DNA of 64,000 nucleotides from Myxococcota bacterium. GTDB taxonomy: Bacteria; Myxococcota_A; UBA796; UBA2385. The notes below the pieces were generated by a model. It was not told where the DNA came from. It searched no databases and saw only the letters and a list, made by a program, of their open reading frames with translations. Below, in pieces: positions 18,587 to 27,826 of this stretch (its first letter is position 1; every line of letters starts with the position of its first letter). Where the stretch lies: positions 140,313 through 204,312 of the forward strand of contig JBIJDH010000014.1 in the NCBI GenBank assembly GCA_044344255.1, read 5' to 3'. Position numbers and translations under genes: made by a program.

Positions 18587-19669
18587 TCAGTGGCCGCCCA
18601 CCTGCGCAGCCCGCCCCGAGACCGCCGGGAGCTCCTCCATCGGGGTCAGCCGCTCCGCCCAGCCCGCCTCCCGCCAGACGTTCCGGGGATCCCGCGCCTG
18701 CCCGCGCAGCAGGACGTTGCGATGCAGCGTGATGTCGAGGTTCGATCCGTCGATGAAGTCGCCCTCCAGCCTCCCCGGGTAGATGAGCGTGGTGGTGGGG
18801 GTCACCCGGCAATTGACGGCCATGCGGTGCCCGTCGGTGTTGTTCGGGAGGGAGCGGTGCATGGTCCGCTCATAAAAGACCACGAAGTCACCCTTCTTCA
18901 TCCGCATCGTCGCCAGCGAGGAGGGCCGCGCGTCAAAGGGCAGCGTCACCGCGGCGCGGCGCGCGTCCATCCAGCGGTACACGTGGTCCTTCATCTGGCG
19001 CATCGACCAGCCCGACCAGTCGACCCCGGCGAAGACATCGCGGGTGTCGATGTCGAGGATGAGGTCTCGGTCTACCGCGGACCGCACCACCGCCTCCGGG
19101 GTCTCGAGCCCGATGAAGGGCTCGTGGAAGAAGCCCGAGCCGGTCATCGGGACGAACTCGATCGGGAAGCGGGTGTGGTGCGATCCCCGCACGAACTGGA
19201 GGGGCCCGTTGTTCCAGGTCATGTCGTCGAGGGCGAACCACACGCTGATGTTCCACGGATCGAGCTCGGTGCCCACCGGGCGGAGGCTCGGCTTGTCGTT
19301 TCCGATCTCCTCCCCGTTGAAACGGCCCCACTCCTGGTGCCAGCCCACCTCGAGGTCACGCGGCCGCTTGTGGAAGATCTTGGTGCGCCAGAGCGCGAGA
19401 TCGGGCCCCATGAGCTGCTCGAGGAGGTCCGCGAGCGCGGGGTGGCTCATCAGGCTGTCCACCTCGGGCGAGAGGAGGTGCCAGTCCCGCACGCTGAAGC
19501 GCTCGTACAGGGGGTGGATGGGCTTCCGCTGGACCACGTCGAAGAGCACCTCTCGGACACGATCAACCTCGGTCGGGGAGAGGTAGCTCGGCACGGGGCC
19601 AACAAAGCCGTCCCGCTCCAACAGCATCTTCGGGCTCAGGTCGCCCTGGGCTTCGCGCTCGACTTCCAT
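18587..19669 (-). CDS. Fe(II)/2-oxoglutarate dioxygenase, PhyH family
   Basis: WHQE, ISVWFALDD..NGPLQFVRGSH, MHRSLPN, RMAVNCR. Confidence 0.85.
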   Translation of the reverse strand: MEVEREAQGDLSPKMLLERDGFVGPVPSYLSPTEVDRVREVLFDVVQRKPIHPLYERFSVRDWHLLSPEVDSLMSHPALADLLEQLMGPDLALWRTKIFHKRPRDLEVGWHQEWGRFNGEEIGNDKPSLRPVGTELDPWNISVWFALDDMTWNNGPLQFVRGSHHTRFPIEFVPMTGSGFFHEPFIGLETPEAVVRSAVDRDLILDIDTRDVFAGVDWSGWSMRQMKDHVYRWMDARRAAVTLPFDARPSSLATMRMKKGDFVVFYERTMHRSLPNNTDGHRMAVNCRVTPTTTLIYPGRLEGDFIDGSNLDITLHRNVLLRGQARDPRNVWREAGWAERLTPMEELPAVSGRAAQVGGH

Positions 19670-19804
19670 CTCGGTCTGCTCCCCTCCCGGCCCTGGGCTG
19701 GGCTCCCCCGGGTGGCCGTGAAGCTCGGAGCTTAGCCCGAGGCGGAGCGCCGCCCAGCGGCCGGCGGTCCGGTGAAGGTCAGATGTCGGAGCCGCTCTGT
19801 TTAC

Positions 19805-22246
19805 TCAGGGGCAAGCCGGGTTCAGGAGCCCTGGTGTGCCGAGCTGAACCCCGCCGTCCTCGTAGCTGCCCGCGCCATCGGCGACACACCAGGCCGCCGG
19901 ATCGTCGTTCTCGCCGGCGGTGGACCGGCCTCCGTCGAGGGAGCCCGAGGCGCCGAGGTCAAAGATCGGCCAATCTCCGTCCACTTGGAGCTGGTCGACC
20001 AGCAGCTCCCCCCGGTCGGGGTCGGGGACCGAGAGGTAGAGTGAACCTCCGACGACGGCCTCGGGCAGCCTGAAGCTGGGATTCCACCCCGGGCAGTCGA
20101 TCGTGGAGCTCTCGAAGACCGCGAGCCCCCCATCCACCCCCCACCAGAGGTCGCAGGCCCCCTCCGACCAGGCGGTGCCCCCCTCGCAGAGGAGGAGCGT
20201 CTCCCCGACGCCGACCACGAGGCCGGCGTCCGGGGAGACGCAGAGCTCCTCGTGCACCGCCCCTCCGTCGTCCAGCGTGATCCGCCACCCATCGAGGACC
20301 AGCGCGCGCCCGGAGACGTTCAGGAGCTCCACCCAGGGGCTGCCCCCATCGACGGGGCTCGGGAGCAGCTCCGACCAGATGAGCTCACCCCCAACAACGA
20401 GGCCCTCGTCGATGAGGCCGTCGCAGTCGTCATCTTCGCCGTCGAGATCGTCATCTCCGGCCCCCGCGACGCCGTCGCGCAGGCTGGCGTAGGCGTCGTC
20501 GCAGTCGGCGCCCAGGGCCACGGGGTAGGCCGCGCTGGACGCGCAGGCGCAGCGGGGAGGACCGGCGCCGAGCCCGTCGCCGTCTGCGTCGGCGAAGAAG
20601 TCCGTACAGGAGAGGGCCCCCTCCTCGTCGGTGGCGCCGTCGCAGTCGTCATCCCCCGCCGTGGCGCAGTCCTCGAGGGCGCCGGGGTGGACCGCGCCGT
20701 CGCCGTCTGCGCAGTCGCCGTCCACCGCGGCGGTGAAAGCGGCCAGCCCGGCGCAACGGCACTCGCTCGCCCCGCCGCCGAACCCGTCCCCGTCCCCGTC
20801 CTCGTAGCGGGTGGTGCAGCCCGCCGCGCCGACCTCGTTGTCATCCCCGTCGCAGTCGTCGTCCTCGACGGTGTCGCAGCGCTCGGTGGCGGCGGGCGAG
20901 ACCGCAGAGGAGGCGTCGTCGCAGTCCCCGGTGAGCCAGCCCGGGCTGACCTCGTCCTCGTAGCCAAGGCCGACATAACCATCGCCGTCGGCGTCGAAGT
21001 CGTTGTCGGCGCCGCAGTCCTGATCGGTGCCGTCGTAGGGGGCGTCCGTTGCGCCGGAGTGGACAGAGGCCGCGGGGATCAAGGCTGGGTTGGCGACCTC
21101 ACCGCCGCAGCTCGCGGCGCACCACTCGGCCTGCGACTCGGTCGAGGGGGACCGGCATTGGTCCGGACAGTCGATACAGTCCCGACCATAGACCGGGCTC
21201 CCGCCGCTGGCGTCTGGCCAGGCGGCCGAGGCCTCCCCATCCCCATCCCAGTCGAAGTCGGTGTGACCGTCACAGTCCTGATCGATGCCATCGTAGGGCC
21301 GATCTTCGACGGGCGCGGCCTCCGTCGAGGGGTGGACGGCGGCGGCGGCGAGGTCTGCCAGCCCGTTCTCGGCGGCCAGCGTGCCGCTGTCGGCGCAGTC
21401 GTCCGCACGGACACCCTCGGGGAGGACCGCGTCGGGGAGCAGCTCCGCGTAGCCGAGGAGCCAGGCCCCGTCCCCGTCGGCGTCGCCGTCGCCGGTGCCA
21501 GGTTCGCAGTCGTCATCCACCCCGTTGTAATAGACCTCCTCGGCCGGGAGCGCCGGATCTTCATCGAAGCAGTCCGCGCCCGGACAGACCCCCTGCCCAG
21601 AGCCCTCCCCGTCGCCGTCCTGGTCACAGTCCTCGCCGTCACAGTCCTGGTCGATCCCGTCATACCAACGCTCGACCCCCGCCGGAGAGGAGGTCGGGTC
21701 GGCGTCGTCGCAGTCCTCCCCCGCGCCGCCGTCTCGCTGGACCCGGTCGGCCGCGTCGTAGCCGTCTCCGTCCTGGTCGAAGTCGCTGTCGCCCGCGCAG
21801 TCCTGGTCGACGCTGTCGTACCAGCGCTCGGACGCCCCCGGGCTCACCGCATCCGCCGTCAGCGTATCGAAGCCGGGCAGGACCTGGACGTCACCGGGGG
21901 TCGCGCTCGGATCGTCCCAGCAGTCTCCGGCTGGGAGCGCGCCGCTGCCCTCGAGGCCGACCGTGGCCAGCCCCACCCAGGCCTCGGGCACGTAGCCGTC
22001 CGCGTCCGCGTCGTAGTCATCGTCGAAGCCACAGTCCTGGTCGAAGCCGTCGTACCAGACCTCACGCGCGCCGGGCTGGATGTCGGCCCCCTCGAGGCCC
22101 GAGCCCGGGGGCCCCTCCGCCCGATCCCAGCAGTCGCCGTCCGCCACCGACACACCGTCGCCGTCGGCGTCCAGGCCCTTACCGCCCACCCAGGAGCAGG
22201 CGGCGAGGAGGAGGGCGGCGACACAGGCGGCGCGAGGAGGGACCAT
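19805..22246 (-). CDS. MopE-type putative metal-binding-repeat lipoprotein with C-terminal lamin-tail-like domain
   Basis: lipobox LAAC, many WYDGxDQDC / DxDGDG / DCDD repeats, IWSELL...WVELLN...GTPG. Confidence 0.85.
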   Translation of the reverse strand: MVPPRAACVAALLLAACSWVGGKGLDADGDGVSVADGDCWDRAEGPPGSGLEGADIQPGAREVWYDGFDQDCGFDDDYDADADGYVPEAWVGLATVGLEGSGALPAGDCWDDPSATPGDVQVLPGFDTLTADAVSPGASERWYDSVDQDCAGDSDFDQDGDGYDAADRVQRDGGAGEDCDDADPTSSPAGVERWYDGIDQDCDGEDCDQDGDGEGSGQGVCPGADCFDEDPALPAEEVYYNGVDDDCEPGTGDGDADGDGAWLLGYAELLPDAVLPEGVRADDCADSGTLAAENGLADLAAAAVHPSTEAAPVEDRPYDGIDQDCDGHTDFDWDGDGEASAAWPDASGGSPVYGRDCIDCPDQCRSPSTESQAEWCAASCGGEVANPALIPAASVHSGATDAPYDGTDQDCGADNDFDADGDGYVGLGYEDEVSPGWLTGDCDDASSAVSPAATERCDTVEDDDCDGDDNEVGAAGCTTRYEDGDGDGFGGGASECRCAGLAAFTAAVDGDCADGDGAVHPGALEDCATAGDDDCDGATDEEGALSCTDFFADADGDGLGAGPPRCACASSAAYPVALGADCDDAYASLRDGVAGAGDDDLDGEDDDCDGLIDEGLVVGGELIWSELLPSPVDGGSPWVELLNVSGRALVLDGWRITLDDGGAVHEELCVSPDAGLVVGVGETLLLCEGGTAWSEGACDLWWGVDGGLAVFESSTIDCPGWNPSFRLPEAVVGGSLYLSVPDPDRGELLVDQLQVDGDWPIFDLGASGSLDGGRSTAGENDDPAAWCVADGAGSYEDGGVQLGTPGLLNPACP

Positions 22247-22272
22247 CCGCAGAGGATACCCCTCGCGGCCGC

Positions 22273-25200
22273 TCAGAGCGCGCAGTCGTTGGTGGCGTTC
22301 GGCGTGCCGTCCTGGCTGGAGGTGTCGGTGTAGCTGTGGGCGCCCGAGGCGTCACACCAGTAGGCCGCGCTGTTGTTGGCCGTCTGCGGGGCCGCGCCCC
22401 CGAGCGCCGCCGTGCCAAACTCGAGTGACTTGCCGGCCGGGATAGCCCAGGCGGGGGTGGCCGCTGGGTTGACCGTGACGACGTCGATCGCGGTCCCGTT
22501 CAGCCGCACCGAGATCGTGTTGTACTCCCCGCCGGACAGGCTGCTCGAGAGCACCCACCCGAGGTCAAAGGCGTCCTGATCGACACCCGAGATGTCGAAG
22601 GGGTTCAGCCCGTCGTCCTCGGCGAGGTAGTAGTCACAGACCGCGGCGGTGGCCCAGCTGCTGCCGGCCTCGCAGAGCAGCGCCGTCCCGCCAGCGGGCA
22701 CGACGATGTCAGCGTCCGGCGAGATCCAGATCTGCCCCGGCGTCGAGGCCGAGGTGCCGTTGTAGTAGGTGAGCTTCATCTCCCAGCCGGTGAGGTGGAT
22801 GTCGAAGGCCTCGGTGTTGGCGAGCTCGATCCACTGCACGCCCGCGCCCTGCGGATCCATCATCAGCTCGTTGACGAGGATCGAGCCGCCGCCCATCGCG
22901 TCCTCGTCGATGTAGCCGTTGCAGTCGTCGTCCACGCCGTCCGTGTCGGCGTCGGTGCCGCCGGCGGTGCCGGTGCGGGCCGAGTAGCTGGCGTCGTTGC
23001 AGTCAAGCGCCGTGTAGCTCGAGGTGAGCGCGTAGCCGGCGCCCGGGCTGGTGCAGGCGGTGGTGGGGCTCGCGTAGTAGTCGTCGGCGTCGGCGTCGAG
23101 GGCGTAGCTGTCTCCGACCGTCACCCCGCTCGAGGCGTCGTTACAGTCCGAGCCCGCCGTCGCGCCCGAGGTCGGGCTGATCGAGCCGTAGCCGTCATTG
23201 TCCACGTCCTGCATGCAGGCGCTGGAGGACTCGATCTGCGCCGCGCCCGGGAAGATGTAGACGGCGTTGGTGCCCGTGTCGACACAGTCGGTGCTGAGCG
23301 CCGAGTAGCCCGAGGGCATCGAGCAGTAGAGCGTGGCCGTGCCCTTGCCGTAGGTGTCGCCGTCGGCGTCCACGTAGTAGCTCGTGCCGCCCGTCGCGCC
23401 GGCGTCGTTGGTGCTGCCATCGCAGTCGTCGTCGTAGGCGGTGGCGCAGGTCTCGGTGGCGCTCGGCTTGACGGCCGAGAGGGCGTCGTCACAGTCGGTG
23501 CCCGCGGTGCCGCCGGAGGTGGGGGCGGTCGAGCCGTAGCCGTCTCCGTCCACGTCCTGCATGCAGGCCGAGGCCGAGTCCGTCTCCGCCGCGCCCGGGA
23601 AGATGTAGACGGCGTTCGTGCCCGTGTCCACGCAGTCGGTGCTCACCGCCGAGTAGCCCGTGGGCTTCGAGCAGTAGAGCGTGGCCGAGCCCTTGCCGTA
23701 CGCGTCCCCGTCGGCGTCGACGTAGTAGCTGGTGCCGCCCGTGGCGCCGGCGTCGTTGGTGTCACCGTCACAGTCGTCGTCGTAGACGGTGGCGCAGGTC
23801 TCGGTGGCCAACGGCTTCACGCCTGCGAGCGCGTCGTCGCAGTCGGTGCCCGCGGTGACGCCCGAGACGCTGGGCGTCTTGTCGCCGTAGTTGTCACCGT
23901 CCAGGTCCTTCATGCAGGAGGAGGAGGAGTCGGTGGATGCGGCGCCCGGGAAGGTGTAGGCCGCGTAGGTGCCGGTGTCGTCGTCGCAGTCGGTGCCGAC
24001 GGTGGCGCCCGTGGTGGGGCTGGTGTCGCCGTAGCCGTCGCCGTCTTTGTCCTGGCGGCAGGACGAGGCGCTCTCGAGCTCGGCGGCGCCGGGGAAGATG
24101 TAGACGGCGTAGGTGCCGGAGTCCACACAGTCCGTCGAGACCGCGGAGAAGCCCGAGGGCATCGTGCAGTACTTGGTGGCCGAGCCTGCGCCGTAGCCGT
24201 CGGCGTCGGCGTCGGCGTAATAGTTCGTGCCATCGGCGACGCCCGCGTCGTTGATGTCGCTGTCGCAGTCGTCATCATAGGCCGTCGAGCAGACCTCGCT
24301 CGCCGCCGTGTTCACGCCGCTCTTGGTGTCGTCGCAGTCGGTGCCGGCGGTGGCGCCCGAGGTGGGGGCGGTCGAGCCGTAGCCGTCTCCATCGACGTCC
24401 TGGCGACAGGAGGAGGTCGACTCCTTCTCGGCCGAACCGGGGAAGATGTACACGGCGCTGGTACCGGAGTCCACACAGTCGGTGGAGACCGCAGAGTAGC
24501 CGGATGGCATCGTACAGTACTTGGTGGCCGTGCCCTTGCCGTAGGCGTCGCCGTCGGCGTCCACGTAGTAGCTCGTGCCATCGGCGACACCGGCGTCGTT
24601 GACGTCGCCGTCACAGTCGTCGTCGTAGGTGGTGGCGCAGACCTCGGCGTCGGCCGGGCTCACGGTGTCCCGGGTGTCGTCGCAGTCCGTGCCGTTGGTC
24701 ACGCCCGAGGCGCTCGGCGTCTTGTCGCCGTAGTTGTCGCCGTCCACGTCCTTCATGCAGGAGGAAGAGGAGTCGATCGAGGCGGCGCCCGGGAAGGTGT
24801 AGGCGGAGTAGCTGCCCTTGTCGTCGTCGCAGTCGGTGCCGGCGGTGACGCCAGAGGCCGGCGAGGTGTCGCCGTAGCCGTCGGCGTCGGCGTCCTGGCG
24901 GCAGGAGGAGGCCGACTCGAGCTGCGCGGCGCCGGGGAAGGTGCTGGCGGCGTTCGTGCCGGAGTCGAGGCAGTCCGTGCTGTACAGAGACCAGGAGGCG
25001 CTCGGCGCCGAGCAGTACTTCGTGGCGGTGCCGGCGCCGTAGAGGTCAGCGTCCGCGTCCACGTAGAAGTTGGTGCCATCCGACACGCCGGCGTCGTTGG
25101 TGTCGCCGTCGCAGTCGTCATCGTAGCTGGTGGAGCAGGTCTCGGCGTCGATCGGGCTCACGGTGGCGCGGCTGTCATCACAGTCCGTGCCCGCGGTCAC

Positions 25201-27705
25201 TCCGGTCGCGCTCGGGCTCTTGTCGCCGTAGTTGTCGCCGTCGGAGTCCTTCATGCAGGACGTGGCCGACTCGAGCGAGGCGGCGCCGGGGAAGGTGGCG
25301 GCCGCCGTCGAGCTGCTGTCGTCGCAGTCGGTGCCGGTCAGCACCGCAGCGACGCCGAGCCACTGGATGGGGGCGGTGGTCGAGGGCTTGTCGCAGTAGG
25401 CCGTGCCCGCCGAGTAGGTGCTGGAGATGTAATAGTCACCGTCGGCGTCGTAGTAGAAGGTGGTCTTGGTCGCCGCGGTGGCCGAGGTGTCGTTGTTATC
25501 GGCCAGCCCGTCACAGTCTTCGTCGGTGTTCGACGCGTCACAGATCTCGGTGTCCCCCGGGCTGATCGCCGACGAGGTGTCATCACAGTCGGTGCCCGTG
25601 ATCTTCACCGCCGAGGTGATCCACAAGGCCGAGGGCGCGTCACAATAGGCGGTGCCCGAGGCGTAGGCCGAGGCGATGTAGTAGTCGCCGTCCGCGTCGT
25701 AGTAGTAGGTGGTCTTCGTCGAGGTGGTCGCCGAGCTGTCGTTGTTGTCGGCGAGGCCGTCGCAGTCTTCGTCGGTGTTGGCGGCGTCGCAGATCTCGGC
25801 GTCCCCGGGGCTGATGGCGGCGTTCGTCTCGTCGCAGTCGTTGCCAGGGAGGGAGCCCGCGGCGAGGCCGGCGTCATCGGCGCCGAAGTTCGTCTTCTTG
25901 CCGGAGTCCGCGGTGGCGACGTAGCCGTCCGCGTCGTCGTCGTAGTCGTCGTTGCCCGAGCAGTTGGAGTCGACGCCGTCGTTGTAGGTGTCGGTGCGGC
26001 CCGGGTTCATCGTCGCGACGTGGTCGTCGCAGTCGTCACCGGGGAGGCTACCGCCGCCCACGCCGCCGCCGTCATCGCCGTAGTCGGTGGTCTTGCCGAC
26101 GTCGATCGTGCGGACGTAGGCGTCCTGGTCGGCGTCGTAGTCGTCGAGGTTGTCGCAGTTCTCGTCGATGCCGGTGTAGAAGTCGTCGGCGGCGCCGGGG
26201 TTGATCTTGGGATCGAGGTCGGCGCAGTCGTCGGCCGCGTAGCCGCCGGTCACGTAGGCGGCGTAAGCGTTGGGGACGAAGAGGTCACCGTCTGCGTCGT
26301 AGTCGTTCAGATCGTCGCAGTTCTCATCGGTGCCGTTGTACGGGGTCTCGAGCGCGTCTGGGTTGACCCCGAGCGCGGAGACGTCGCCGGGGTTGGCGTC
26401 CTCGACGGTACAGGAGGCGTCACAGAGGTCGGCGAGCTCGCCGGTGGCGGAGGCGCAGTCATCGGGGCAGTCGATACAGTCCGTGCCAAAGCTGCCCGAG
26501 CCGTCCACATAATACTCAGAGGGGTGGCCGTCGCCGTCCCAGTCGAAGTCGTCCTCGACCCCGTCGGTGTTCACGTCGAGGCCGGCGCAGTCCTGGTCGA
26601 TGGCGTCATAGGGCTGATCGAGGGCGTCGGGGTTGACCTCGAGCGCGGCCAACACCGCGAAGGAGCCCGCCGGCACGATGTTGAAGCCTGCGGGCGGCGC
26701 GGCCTCGTCGTCCCAGCAGTCGAGGTACTCGGCGGGGAGGGTGACCGAGCCGTCGGGGGTGGCGCTCACCCGGTCGAGGTAGTCCACCGCCCAATAGCCG
26801 TCGCGATCGGCGTCACCGTCTTCGTCCGGGTTGCCCTCGGCGTCCGACAGGGAGCAGTTGTCGTCGATGCCGTTGTAGAACTCCTCCTCTACCGTGAGGT
26901 CGGGGAAGGCGGTGCCATCGTTGTCATTACAGTCCTGCGCGGTGGCCACACAGACGCCGAGGCCGAGGCCGTCGACCCCGTAGCTGTCGCCGTCCTGGTC
27001 GCAGTCGTTGCTGTCGCAGTCCTGATCGGTGCCGTCGTACCAGACCTCGGTGGCCGAGGGGTTGACCTCCGCGGCGGCGTTCCCGGCGACGTTGACGGCG
27101 TCGCGCCAAGAGCCGTCGATGCAGTCATCCCCCTGACCACCCTCGGGCTGGAGGTGGGCGAGGGCGTCGAAGCCGTCGCCGTCCTGGTCGAAGTCGCTGT
27201 TGCCGGCGCAGTCCTGGTCGATACCGTCGTACCAGGTGTCGCCCGCGGTCGGGAAGATCTCGGCCGAGCTGCGGTCGACGTAGGCGCTGCCGTCCTCGGC
27301 GACGTCCTCGGTGTTCGCCGGGACGATGAAGCCGTCGTTGCCCTCGGGGAGGTCGACGCAGTCGCCGCCGCCCAGGTGCTGCCCGCTGGAGTCGACGCCG
27401 AGGGTGGTCTTGCCGACCATGTCCTCGGTGGGGACGTAGCCGTCACCGTCGGCGTCGTAGTCATCCTCGCCGCCGCAGTCCTGATCGACGCCGTCGTACC
27501 AGGCCTCGCTCGCGCCGAAGAAGATGTCCTTCCCCTTGAGGCCGGAGCCCTCGGGGCCCTCTTCGAAGTCCCAACAGTCGCCCTGGTCGACCGTCTGCCC
27601 GTCGCCGTCTACGTCGACGTAGCTCCACTTCGTCTCGCAGGCGCCGAGCAGCCCCGAGAAGAGGCTGAGCAACGCGGCATGCAAGGCGGACCTTCGAAGC
27701 ACCAT
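22273..27705 (-). CDS. giant (about 1810 aa) MopE-type repeat lipoprotein with C-terminal lamin-tail-like domain
   Basis: lipobox LGAC, dozens of DCDD...DDDCDG / YVDADGDxYG repeats, VNELM...WIELAN...GTPN. Confidence 0.88.
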   Translation of the reverse strand: MVLRRSALHAALLSLFSGLLGACETKWSYVDVDGDGQTVDQGDCWDFEEGPEGSGLKGKDIFFGASEAWYDGVDQDCGGEDDYDADGDGYVPTEDMVGKTTLGVDSSGQHLGGGDCVDLPEGNDGFIVPANTEDVAEDGSAYVDRSSAEIFPTAGDTWYDGIDQDCAGNSDFDQDGDGFDALAHLQPEGGQGDDCIDGSWRDAVNVAGNAAAEVNPSATEVWYDGTDQDCDSNDCDQDGDSYGVDGLGLGVCVATAQDCNDNDGTAFPDLTVEEEFYNGIDDNCSLSDAEGNPDEDGDADRDGYWAVDYLDRVSATPDGSVTLPAEYLDCWDDEAAPPAGFNIVPAGSFAVLAALEVNPDALDQPYDAIDQDCAGLDVNTDGVEDDFDWDGDGHPSEYYVDGSGSFGTDCIDCPDDCASATGELADLCDASCTVEDANPGDVSALGVNPDALETPYNGTDENCDDLNDYDADGDLFVPNAYAAYVTGGYAADDCADLDPKINPGAADDFYTGIDENCDNLDDYDADQDAYVRTIDVGKTTDYGDDGGGVGGGSLPGDDCDDHVATMNPGRTDTYNDGVDSNCSGNDDYDDDADGYVATADSGKKTNFGADDAGLAAGSLPGNDCDETNAAISPGDAEICDAANTDEDCDGLADNNDSSATTSTKTTYYYDADGDYYIASAYASGTAYCDAPSALWITSAVKITGTDCDDTSSAISPGDTEICDASNTDEDCDGLADNNDTSATAATKTTFYYDADGDYYISSTYSAGTAYCDKPSTTAPIQWLGVAAVLTGTDCDDSSSTAAATFPGAASLESATSCMKDSDGDNYGDKSPSATGVTAGTDCDDSRATVSPIDAETCSTSYDDDCDGDTNDAGVSDGTNFYVDADADLYGAGTATKYCSAPSASWSLYSTDCLDSGTNAASTFPGAAQLESASSCRQDADADGYGDTSPASGVTAGTDCDDDKGSYSAYTFPGAASIDSSSSCMKDVDGDNYGDKTPSASGVTNGTDCDDTRDTVSPADAEVCATTYDDDCDGDVNDAGVADGTSYYVDADGDAYGKGTATKYCTMPSGYSAVSTDCVDSGTSAVYIFPGSAEKESTSSCRQDVDGDGYGSTAPTSGATAGTDCDDTKSGVNTAASEVCSTAYDDDCDSDINDAGVADGTNYYADADADGYGAGSATKYCTMPSGFSAVSTDCVDSGTYAVYIFPGAAELESASSCRQDKDGDGYGDTSPTTGATVGTDCDDDTGTYAAYTFPGAASTDSSSSCMKDLDGDNYGDKTPSVSGVTAGTDCDDALAGVKPLATETCATVYDDDCDGDTNDAGATGGTSYYVDADGDAYGKGSATLYCSKPTGYSAVSTDCVDTGTNAVYIFPGAAETDSASACMQDVDGDGYGSTAPTSGGTAGTDCDDALSAVKPSATETCATAYDDDCDGSTNDAGATGGTSYYVDADGDTYGKGTATLYCSMPSGYSALSTDCVDTGTNAVYIFPGAAQIESSSACMQDVDNDGYGSISPTSGATAGSDCNDASSGVTVGDSYALDADADDYYASPTTACTSPGAGYALTSSYTALDCNDASYSARTGTAGGTDADTDGVDDDCNGYIDEDAMGGGSILVNELMMDPQGAGVQWIELANTEAFDIHLTGWEMKLTYYNGTSASTPGQIWISPDADIVVPAGGTALLCEAGSSWATAAVCDYYLAEDDGLNPFDISGVDQDAFDLGWVLSSSLSGGEYNTISVRLNGTAIDVVTVNPAATPAWAIPAGKSLEFGTAALGGAAPQTANNSAAYWCDASGAHSYTDTSSQDGTPNATNDCAL

Positions 27706-27826
27706 GGACCCCTCCGAAAGAACCTCCCCGGAGGACGAGGTTCCACGGTGCGAGGGTAGCCCAGCGCCCCCATCGGGAGCAAGGGTGGTGTTCGGAAAGG
27801 CGGATGACCCGAGGCCGCCGCGTCGG

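Noticed and set aside
18587..19669. Non-heme iron halogenase
   Set aside because: The facial triad keeps a carboxylate (HQE) instead of the HxA/G of halogenases
22795..27759. 1654-aa + strand ORF, and similar long antisense ORFs such as 51303-54824, 20252-22333 and 35546-37789
   Set aside because: Shadow ORFs of high-GC genes on the opposite strand; V/G/A/R-rich with no motifs
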